A stretch of DNA of 63,868 nt, filler included, from Intoshia linei (Eukaryota; Animalia; Orthonectida), in NCBI GenBank assembly GCA_001642005.1. It is 9 parts of 9 records of this genome, joined end to end, with 100 filler letters (N's around TTAATTAATTAA, not from the genome) between each part and the next. Parts side by side here need not be neighbours in the genome. Positions count along the whole stretch, not along the records: positions 53,240 to 59,956 come from LWCA01001667.1; positions 60,057 to 61,410 come from LWCA01002651.1; positions 61,511 to 62,758 come from LWCA01002710.1; positions 62,859 to 63,868 come from LWCA01002858.1; 5 more parts are not named here. One strand, given 5' to 3'. Of this stretch, positions 54,125 through 63,868 are shown one piece after another. Each line of letters starts with the position of its first letter. Position 1 is the stretch's first letter. Made by a program: the position numbers and the translations under genes. Below the pieces are notes generated by a model, which was not told the DNA's origin, did not search any database, and saw only the letters and a program-made list of their open reading frames with translations.

Positions 54125-54668
54125 TATTATATTTATAATGTCAAGTCAATAAATAAATTATTTTGTAAACTTGTTTGTTTTTATTTTTTGTCTTGTCTAA
54201 TGGTTTGATGATTTTATGTTAACTTTTTTTGGTGATTTTTTGAGATGCTACTTTATTGATTTTTTTGTTTCATATCATGTTTTTTCATTTCATATTGTAC
54301 TAGTTTGACGGTAGCTTGTAGCTTTTTTGACGGTAAAGTTGTCACTTATTCGGATTGAAATTTTCTGTGTGTGTTAACAGGATACAACTGTACCTTTTTT
54401 TAAATTCTAGGTATTAAAAAAAGGAAGGGGAATTTTGGGTTTTGGCCCTGAAGATATAATTTTTTTTAATATAATTCTAATTAATAATTCTAAAGGCCAA
54501 TACAGTACAAAATTAGTATATACTTAATTGAAAGCGCAACAATAAGAAATGTATTTATTAATCATAAATTGCAAGATCCTACATTTTTTTTTTCAGGGGA
54601 AATTTTAGTTTTACCCTGCGGTCTTTCAATTTTCATTTTTATGATACTTAGTACTTTGTTTAAATAAT

Positions 54669-55945
54669 TTATATTTTGTAGAATGCCGTTATGATCACTA
54701 GGAAATACTTCATTCGTTCTGTAAAATATATTGTTACTCCATGATGTATTAGGGATTTTGTTGGAACAACTGAGTCTCCAGGTTTATATTCATGTATATC
54801 ATATACTATATTCCATAGTATATGAGTTATTAAATTATAAGCTTTTATAGTGTCAATTCCACTACCATGAAAACTAACAGTGTTTACTTTTGGTTCTTCC
54901 AAATAAGCAAATACATTTTTATACATATCATATCTTTTTGCAGGATTAGATAGATGTATTGATTTCAGAATCATGGGTAAATCTTTTACTGGTGCATTCA
55001 TTTGCGGAAGAATTGCTATAACTTCTTTTTGATCGTATAACTGCATACTTGGCAATAGAGCGTATACTGCAGGCACGCCTCGAATCAAATCAATAAAATC
55101 ATAATGACTAAATTGCCAAAACCTGAAATCATAACCTAATAAATAATAAATATTAAAAAATAATTAATTACGGTCACGTAACAAAAAAACATGAATGGAG
55201 TTCTTTTCCAGGGAGCAGATGTCGGCATCAGAACATGAATATTTTTATCTTTCCATTCTTGTGTTTTTTCGTTTATAGCTTTTGTTACAATGAGTGCACC
55301 TAATGAATGAGCTATTATGTCGATGGGTCCTTTGTTTCTTTTAACACAGGATTATATTTTCTTTATAAGTGGCATTTTGGCAATATCTAAATAAATGTTT
55401 ACATTGTTTAACTGCTAAAAATATCAATTTGACCCAATGTATCGTACACAAATGCTTCGGTATGAATCTTGTTTTTTTGTAAGAAATTGACAAGTGGTTT
55501 AAATATCATTCCTATATTAATACGTATATATATTATCGTTGAATTTAATTACGATTCTCTACATCGAGACTTTCCAAATTAAGTTTGGAATCATCATATG
55601 GGACGCGAATTACACCTCTATTATAGGTGGGGGGTTTTTGGAATAATCTAAACTACATAATAAAATTTTATATATATGTATATAATTACGAATTTCGGGC
55701 AGCGAAGCAATTTCGCCAAGGCGCCAATTTAAAATCGAATGTAATGAAATCGAGAAATTTATCACTAGTTTTAAAACAATACCATGGCAAGTCCGAACTA
55801 TTTAACATAGTGTATTGCCTATTGGAAATTATCCCGGGAACTAAATTATTATTTTTTATTAATAGTTGCATCATATGAGGGTAAATATCCCTTTGCGTAT
55901 AATGTTTCCAGGCCGAATCAAAATATTTAGAAATTTAAACGCCAT
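54669..55945 (-). CDS. Group XV phospholipase A2 / LCAT-like alpha/beta hydrolase; integrity uncertain
   Basis: VPG oxyanion region, W..C lid segment, IIAHSLG nucleophile motif, QEWKDKNI, SAPW and PGDSVVPTKSL (GDGTV-like); some junctions could not be placed cleanly. Confidence 0.7.
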
Positions 55946-56290
55946 ACGTTCAAATTTTATAATTTATATTTGACCTTAACTATTCCAAAATGATCGACCG
56001 AGTGACATATTAATTTTGTGTCACTTTTTATCTCAGTGGATCCCAAACTTGCTATAAAAATATCCATTTACAATAAAAGATTGATTAACCACTCTATCTA
56101 TCTTAAATTCTACACCCCTGTACATTATCAATGCAAATATAAAATATATTTTAGTAATGTCAATAACTAAATATGATGTTTTTGAAGGTCAATTTGTTAC
56201 TGTGTTGTATAATAAAAAATGTCTAAATTGAGATTTTGTATCAGAAACGCAAAAGAATTGTATTAAAATTCTTACCATGGAATAAAAATA

Positions 56291-56417
56291 TCCTAACTTA
56301 TATAAAAGGCTACACGATTTTTGTTTGTGTGTCTGTCTGTGTGTGTGTTTTACTTTATTGAAATAACTACCACTCTTAGAATTTTTTAAAGACCACATTT
56401 CAATTACAGTTTTTTTT
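56291..56417 (+). mobile_element. 5' fragment of the Helitron-like family
   Basis: A|TCCTAACTTATATAAAAGGCTACACGATTTTTGTTTGTGTGTCTGTCTGTG. Confidence 0.8.
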
Positions 56418-57544
56418 AGTTGTTTTTAAAATTCTTTACGTAAATATTAACAAACAAAAAAATAAGATGGAATAATTCACTTTAAAGTAAAAAGTAATGT
56501 TATATGATGGTTCCACCTGAAACAAATTTGGGAACCACTTTTTTAAACGATTGATAATAGTGAATAGTAGGATTTTTAAGTTAGATTTTCAACATGAATT
56601 TATTTTTTTTGTATAATAAGAATGTGCTCTCGGCAGAGCTAGGTGCTGTTTGTACGTAGTACATAACAGTCAAGCTAGTAATATATATATTATTACAATG
56701 ACTACAGATATTAATATTACAAATACTTATAAGAACAAGTTTGTAGTACGTTGATATGCCTAGACTATACAACAATATGATTTCTATTAATGAATTTTTC
56801 ATGTTTATAAAATTTTTTAGTATCATGATGCTATCACAAAACGAAGATATGTTTAATGGTATTGTACAGGCTAAATCTGTGCAAATACTAATGTTTAACT
56901 AGTTAAAATATAATATAAATTGTATATTGATAAATTTCAATAAGCGATATAAATGTATATATAATAAATAAATAAATAATATATAATGATTCATTTGAAA
57001 AATAAAATTTATTTTGCAACAACGATTAATTCTAAAAAGATTGCAGTATAATCGGAGGGTCTCGGTTCAAGTATCTCATCTGTCAAATTTTTAAGACAAA
57101 TCAAAATATTCGATATTTCAGAATGTAGATGGAATAAAAGATTGTGACAAATGAAATGGGATAAGAGAAGGTAGATAGGGTAGCAGAGAGAGTAGGAATA
57201 CACGAAAGTGTAAAAATTATTTTTTAAAATCAATTTGAACGGAACTATATAATTGGTAACCGTTTTGAAATGGTATCCAGTGTTGTCAGATGGTGCGTTT
57301 TTTACTTATTTTTATAGCAAAAAGTGAAGAATTATCATTTTTCTCATCGTAAAAAACTCTTGTTTCTCATTTGCAAATATGAGAAATGCACTTATAATAA
57401 AACGGTAGACAATTGAAATTTAATTGAAAATGTACAAAAATTATCATGTCGTGCAAACATGAGTTTACACATATTAAAATTTATACATTTTATTATTACA
57501 TTATTGTATTTGTACTTGCGTATTTGTTTTAATTGTATTTGTTA

Positions 57545-58221
57545 TTAAAATATTTCAGAAAAAGAATATATGAATACTAAAATGTTTTTTTGACCGTAAA
57601 GTTGTCACTTATTCGAATTAAAATTATATGTGTGTGTTAATAAAATACAACTGTACAACCTGTAAATTTTTTGAAATTCTAGGGCTGTTTTCATTAAAAA
57701 AGAAGGGTAATTTGGGGTTTTGGCTCTGAGGATATAATTTTTTTAAATTTAAATTTATGATAATGTTTATGATTTTAAAATCCGCATCAGCATATATATT
57801 TTTTTAAATTCTCCAACTCGTTTGATTTTCAAAAAGGGTAACCACATGGGTTTTTGATCCGTAAGATGTGAAATTGGGAGGNTTTTTAAATTTAAATTTA
57901 TGATAATGTTTATGATTTTAAAATCCGTATCAGCGTATATATTTTTTTAAATTCTCGAACTCGTTTGATTTTCAAAAAAAAGACAATTGGGATATATATT
58001 TTTTTAAATTCTCCAACTCGTTTGATTTTCAAAAAGGGTAACCACATGGGTTTTTGATCCGTAAGATGTGAAATTGGGAGGTTGAAATTTATCTTATTAT
58101 ACGTCCCGGAAAAAAACTGTAATTGATATGTGGTCTTTAAAAAATTCTAAGAGTGGTAGTTATTTCATTAAAGTCACACACACACAAACAAAAATTGCGT
58201 AGCCTTTTATATAAGTTAGGA
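57545..58221 (-). mobile_element. Helitron-like family copy (with assembly duplication around n at 57882)
   Basis: Minus-strand start A|TCCTAACTTATATAAAAGGCTACGC at 58221; homologous body. Confidence 0.8.
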
Positions 58222-58729
58222 TTTTAGAACATTTTTGTATGGGACATTTAAAATGGAAAGCGTCTCCGTAAATTTTAATCTAATTTAATTACATTTTTTT
58301 GTATTTTCATCTTTTAATTAATTGTCAGGATCAGTGATATCATAAATTCTATCAAATAAATATTACAATTATATCAAATTTAGACAATAAAAGATTTCAA
58401 TTTGGAATTGATTAGAAATTATATTTTTTAGCGAAAAATAGTCACTGAATTAATAATAATTCTTTTTTGATCTGTGGTTTAATATGATTTTTGGTTGGAA
58501 AGCACTGATTTAACGTCTTTATCAATAAATTAATCATTTATTACTTAAGCATAAAAATTTTAATCAAAAAATGATAACCACCGGAGCTATGGAAACATAT
58601 ATAATCATATTTAATACACACCTAAATTTAAAAAAAGAAGAAACGTTGCACCCTAATGTGCTTTTGTGTGTACCTTATTAAAAAATGCATTTAAATAGCA
58701 AAAAGTACTAAAAAAAATAGGCTGTAAAT

Positions 58730-59006
58730 CACGGGTCATGAATCAGTGGCCTACAGAATAATTTTGGTGGCCCTTTGAGTAAACATGTAAATTATATATT
58801 TTTAAATTTTTTAACTTTTAAACGCCGTTTTAAACATTTTCTACTATAATAGGCTCATTATAATCATTTTAATTCTGAATTTTCAGATCGCCTGGATATT
58901 ATTTTGTTGAATATACTGGAACTGTTTCTTTTAAGTTAAAATTGAAATGTATCATGTATAAATTTTCAAAAACGGGACCCACGAGACGCAAAAAATTGTC
59001 GACCTG
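58730..59006. mobile_element. hAT-type MITE with perfect 8-bp TSD
   Basis: TSD CTGTAAAT at 58722-58729 and 59007-59014; homologous to 8064-8351. Confidence 0.85.
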
Positions 59007-59246
59007 CTGTAAATAGATTAATTATGCTGAAAATTGAGATACGGAATGACAAAAAACTGATAATAAATTGGAGCAGATATTACATTTAAAACAACGCTAA
59101 AAACGAATATTAAAAGTTAATGAAAGTTTATTTCTATAAATTTAAATTTAGAATAAACACCTGCTTATTAATATTTGTTTATTTAAAAAATAAAATTAAA
59201 AAATTTGTTCAATTGTTGTTTATACCAAAGTTTATTTATTTTAGAC

Positions 59247-59761
59247 ATGAATCAAAATAAACGGTACAGTATTTATGATTCGCAAGATACTAGTGTTGAA
59301 ACTGACGAGGAAACATATGAATCACAGAATTATGCACATTTTGGTATTTTTTTCGATTCTCGGATAACTTAGATATATTCTTAAATAAAATAAACCCTAT
59401 ACCCAGACAAGGAGATTCAACAGTGTCAGAGGAGATAATATTGTAAGTTCCCGACTTAGACATTAATAAAAATTTGTTTGGTTTTTCTATCCATTGTTAA
59501 TTAATTAATTCAGTGGTTGCTAAATTTTTTTCAGCCTTACTTTAAAAAACTACTTTAACATTTGAGAAGTGAGTAATATTTGTAAATGTAATAATCTGTA
59601 TATTAACAGTTCATTTTTTAAGATATTAGCTAATTATCTTAATCTCAATGTTAATGTAATCTTAATTTAACTGGGTTTCAATATTTAATTAATTTTTATA
59701 GATAATGTTAAATTCATCAATGGTATTCACAAAAAAAGATCAGATATTGTTTCAAGTTTAA
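59247..59761 (+). CDS. 5' exons of an unidentified gene
   Basis: MNQNKRYSIYDSQDTSVETDEETYESQNYAHF | DIFLNKINPIPRQGDSTVSEEII, with short GT-AG introns. Confidence 0.4.
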
Positions 59762-60056
59762 GTAAATTTATTTATCTAAATCAGGGGTGTCAATTGTGCG
59801 GTCCCAATTATGGAATGTGCGACCCGCTTTACAATATAAATTTTTATTTTTATAACAAAATTTTATACACATACAAATTTCTTTTTTACTGTTTTATATA
59901 TATTTTCATCATTTATTCATTCCTGATTACAATTTTAAGATTAGTTATACACTTATNNNNNNNNNNNNNNNNNNNNNNNNNNNNNNNNNNNNNNNNNNNN
60001 TTAATTAATTAANNNNNNNNNNNNNNNNNNNNNNNNNNNNNNNNNNNNNNNNNNNN

Positions 60057-60677
60057 GCATTGTGAATTTGACTAAAAAGATTAAAGATTTGGAAAAAAAC
60101 GACCCTTATAGAATTACTCTACTCGAAAATTATTGATCAAATTGTAAAAATTATTTAAACTAAACAATAATTTTAGATACGATTTAGGACTAATTAAGAA
60201 TAAATCATCATTAAAACTGTGTAAATCAGTTAACACTGAATCATTTTGTAGGTAATTTGATGTAAACCTTGAACATGATGTAATTGATAAATGAATTTTT
60301 AGAAGACGTTTACCAGTTGTACTAAAAAAGCAAAAATATGCTGAAACTATGAAAGCGTGTGTTAATTTTGTGGAACAAGGACGTACTTTTTATTGTTATT
60401 TTGAATTAATTATATTTTAGACATTAGGGTAGGCTGCGACGTTATTTTAGATCCGGCTTATTTGGTAACCAGGTTTGAATTTAATTTTTATTATTTTGAT
60501 ATAATATTGAAAAATTGATAAAAATGTATTTTTTAATTTAGAAGCAATAATGACTACATAAATTGGACTGATCAATCTGCAATTAAACAAAAAGTTTCAA
60601 AATATAACCAAAACGTATTTTTTTATAAAACATAATTTAATATTTTTTAGATGGATGATTTTGATTTCTACTGTTGA
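60057..60677 (+). CDS. IMP3: U3 snoRNP protein IMP3 (5' end in gap), 6 visible exons
   Basis: KKIKDLEKNDPYRITLTRKLLIKL|YDLGLI...VNTESFCR|RRLPVVL...FVEQGH|IRVGCDVILDPAYLVTR|SNNDYINWTDQSAIKQKVSKYNQN|MDDFDFYC* (S4-like domain). Confidence 0.93.
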
Positions 60678-60824
60678 CTGAAATTTCCAATTTTGTAATA
60701 TAATAAAAATTAATAGGTGAATGCTTTCATTAATATCAAATTTCTTGTAGGGTTTCATTACATTTGATAGTTTATCGACCCTGCTTCAATTGTGACTTTC
60801 GTTTTCTTTCATTTTATATTTTTA

Positions 60825-60994
60825 ATGTTTAAAATTTTTCAATATTGTTTGTTATGTACGGTTATCATTTTGACATTAGCTGTACCATCAGAATATGGTA
60901 CCAAGCGTGTGACAAAATTCTATATGCCAGCATTTGGGTAATATTTATTTTTAAATATTTATTTATATTTAGGAGGTTTAGCGGATGGGGATAA
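60825..60994 (+). CDS. Putative small secreted neuropeptide precursor (44 aa, 2 coding exons)
   Basis: Exons 60825-60937 and 60973-60994 (35-nt GT-AG intron): MFKIFQYCLLCTVIILTLA-VPSEYGT-KR-VTKFYMPAF-GR-FSGW-G*. Signal-peptide-like N-terminus, dibasic site and C-terminal Gly. Confidence 0.6.
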
Positions 60995-62280
60995 TTACAA
61001 CCGTTTGGATTTTAACATTAAAACTTATTAACTTGCATTTTGTTTAAAATTTTAAGTTTGTCGCGTTCTTATTATTTATTGTTTTTCAGCTTTATTTTAT
61101 AAAAAAACATCTGCTTTCGTTTTTATTCTAATGTGCCAAATTAAACAATTATATCGTCTTATCAAATTTTATATCGAATGTAATTTCTAATTAATCAATT
61201 TTTCGTTGATCCTCAACCTTGATGACAACATATTTAAATTTGTTAAGTTTGAGTAGATAAACAAGGAACGATCTTAATTAAAGGATGAAGGTTGAGGGCA
61301 TTTTTAAATTATATTTTTTTGTAAAATATATTATGAATAGTATTTGGTAAACGAAAAATGAAACGAATTTCAAATCATCGCTTGAATAAACTACTTTCAG
61401 GTACTTTTTTNNNNNNNNNNNNNNNNNNNNNNNNNNNNNNNNNNNNNNNNNNNNTTAATTAATTAANNNNNNNNNNNNNNNNNNNNNNNNNNNNNNNNNN
61501 NNNNNNNNNNAGTATATAGAACAGCGTTTCTTAAAATTTTTTAAATTTACCAACCCTAGCCAGATCAATTACTTCCAGCACCCGTGTATCACAAATTAGT
61601 CACTGACGTAACTTATGTCTGCTCCATTTTATTTAAGAAAATAAGAGGATTGTAGTTTTAAAAATTCTATATTTCTATTACAATTTTTCGAGAGTGTTTT
61701 GTTTTATTGCAAATTTCATCTTCAGAAATTCATTCCTTTAAGGTGAAAAACCCAATTGTCCTAGATTTCATACAACATAAATTCTGGGATCGTTATAAAT
61801 TCATAACCATTATCATATATGGTAACCTCAAAAAAGGTAATTTTCACGGTCAAAAATCAGATTGTTATTTTTTTTTAAAATGAAAACTGCTATAGAATTT
61901 AAAAAAAAATTACAGATGATACTGCGATAAAATTTATCATATTCTCGCGCTTTCAATTTAATTAATGATCTAGTAAAGAAACTTGTTTATTCTTTCATCT
62001 TTTTGATGATTGAATTTTGAATTTATACAAATAAAGAATCTTTGCATTTTATTTAATTATTTAATTGTTAAAATTTTTAACACATGTTCTTAAAAAAGTT
62101 GCTTCCATTCCTAATTCAAACATTTGAATTTATCGATAAATTATCGATAACAATATTTCGATCTATTTCCAACATCATTTTAGCGTATTAGTATGCTATT
62201 TTCATCAGTTAGAATGGAAAAATAAAATAATATTTATTAAAATAATTAAAATACTTATAAAACGTTTACATTAAAATCAC

Positions 62281-62739
62281 TTAAAATTTATAATCAGTAG
62301 TTCCCTTTAATTTTAAAATATTATTAATTGAAGTTTGATTGATATTATCATTTAAAATGGCGATTTCTTTATCATAGTTCATATAATAGTATCCATTATT
62401 AACAATAGACTTGCCCATATTTGCAAAATTGTAAACAATGTTATTAAAAATCGGCAAGACTGTCAAATTAAATATATTGTATATTAAAAAGTCAAAATAT
62501 TCCTTGATCCATTTAAAGACATTCACTACGTTTGTATACATTCCAAATATATATGAAATGATCACACCCCGATTTTCATATAGTATTACGCCTATAATGA
62601 GTCCAATATAATAGTCACCAGAGTACAGTGGTATATAATAACCAGTTAATTGCAATAACAGATATTTAATAACTGGTAGAGTAAAAAGCATTAGAAATTT
62701 ACTCATTTTATCATCTGATCCAAAAATGTATTTCGACAT
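62281..62739 (-). CDS. Hypothetical membrane protein, intronless ORF next to a gap
   Basis: 152-aa open frame in very AT-rich DNA with two hydrophobic stretches; no family recognised. Confidence 0.4.
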   Translation of the reverse strand: MSKYIFGSDDKMSKFLMLFTLPVIKYLLLQLTGYYIPLYSGDYYIGLIIGVILYENRGVIISYIFGMYTNVVNVFKWIKEYFDFLIYNIFNLTVLPIFNNIVYNFANMGKSIVNNGYYYMNYDKEIAILNDNINQTSINNILKLKGTTDYKF

Positions 62740-62859
62740 GTTGATAAGTACAGTTTTTNNNNNNNNNNNNNNNNNNNNNNNNNNNNNNNNNNNNNNNNNN
62801 NNTTAATTAATTAANNNNNNNNNNNNNNNNNNNNNNNNNNNNNNNNNNNNNNNNNNNNT

Positions 62860-63150
62860 ATTATGATATTTATTATAATTAAGTTTATAATAAGTTATAT
62901 ATTTTAAATTAAATTTGTGTTACATAATTAATAAATAATTTTTGATATTTTTTACCTGCTATTATAATGTAATATTACTTATAATTTGTAAATATTTAAA
63001 TATGTATGATTTATGTATTATATTTTAATATTTATTATAATTAAATTTATTTTAAGTTATATATTTGAAATTAAATATGTGTTACATAATATTTAAATTA
63101 TTGTTTATATTTTTTACTTGCTATTAAAATGTAATATTACTTATAATTTG
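62860..63150. repeat. Degenerate tandem duplication (~160 bp period) of an AT-rich unit
   Basis: ATATTTATTATAATTAA...TGTGTTACATAAT...GCTATT..AATGTAATATTACTTATAATTTG occurs twice. Confidence 0.65.
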
Positions 63151-63340
63151 ATTAAGTTTACATTGTTAATGATTTTTGTTATTTTAAATAAAGATATTAT
63201 TTGTGTTATAAAAACATTTATTATTTTACGTAGAGTGGCCAGAACAAATACGTACTATTATTTTTAGTTATTTGGTTTATATAGGGTAAATATTTAAGTA
63301 TATGATAAATATAAACAAATTTATGGTATAATTATAACTA

Positions 63341-63812
63341 ATGCTAGCCAAGAAGAAATGCCGTCAATATTTTATTGAATATCTAAAAATTGGATTTATT
63401 CAATTACCGGTTGATGAGAGGTTATTAATGTGCCTAATTTGTATGCAGTCATTTTATAATGAAGCTATAAACCTAGTATATTAAAAAAGCACTTGATTTG
63501 CCGACATTCTGATAAAAAGAAATACCATTAAATTTTTTGAAAGAACTACAAAAAAAATATCATAATGAATAAATTGGAAGTGTCATTACAAAAGTCAATA
63601 AAAAGATGGAAAATGACCTATTTACTTGATACAGAATAGCAGAAATTATTGCTATGTCAGGAAAACCATATAACGTTGGCGAAACGATTATCATTTCTGT
63701 ATTACTGGAGGTTATACAAAATGTATTGCACCAAAGTACAGAAACCGTTCTCTCAGTACTCCCTTTCAACGATACAACTATTCAAAAACGCATTGACAAA
63801 ATGGCCAGCAAA
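63341..63812 (+). mobile_element. hAT Charlie/Buster (ZBED5/SCAND3-like) transposase N-terminal pseudogene
   Basis: MLAKKKCRQYFIEYLKIGF...CLIC...(frameshift)KPSILKKHLICRH (BED finger) and IAMSGKPYNVGETII...LPFNDTTIQKRIDKMA. Confidence 0.85.
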
Positions 63813-63868
63813 AAAAAAAACAACTTTATATTTAGTCTTAAATTATTTGCGGAAAAATGTTATTTCGT

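Noticed and set aside
30366-62858. Eight TTAATTAATTAA palindromes as a biological repeat or array
   Set aside because: Each is centred in an identical 44N/44N spacer, so it is an artificial contig linker.
63560-63769. 69-aa minus-strand ORF
   Set aside because: Antisense to the plus-strand hAT transposase remnant.

Overview
Very AT-rich eukaryotic (animal) genomic DNA with compact genes, many 30-45 nt GT-AG introns and a few large introns filled with transposons. The architecture suggests a reduced metazoan parasite genome such as an orthonectid (Intoshia-like); this is inference, not a database result. The window concatenates nine contigs joined by artificial 100-bp spacers (44 N + TTAATTAATTAA + 44 N), so adjacency across spacers is not evidence of linkage. 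Recognisable genes: UBE2N/Ubc13-like E2, the 3' part of a large fibrocystin-L (PKHD1L1) gene, GUCD1-like exons, a disrupted heparan sulfate 3-O-sulfotransferase, FBXO47-like head-to-head with a divergent CK2 beta, a GPI-anchored Ly6/three-finger protein, a divergent T-box gene, PLA2G15/LCAT-like lipase and IMP3. The ORF track misses a 44-aa secreted, amidated neuropeptide-like precursor just downstream of IMP3, which is the best novelty candidate. Mobile DNA includes Tc1/Tc3, pogo/Tigger and hAT fragments and MITEs (several with exact TSDs), an internally deleted Ty3/gypsy element, two candidate solo LTRs and a multicopy non-autonomous Helitron-like family. Exon boundaries were read by eye; no searches were run.
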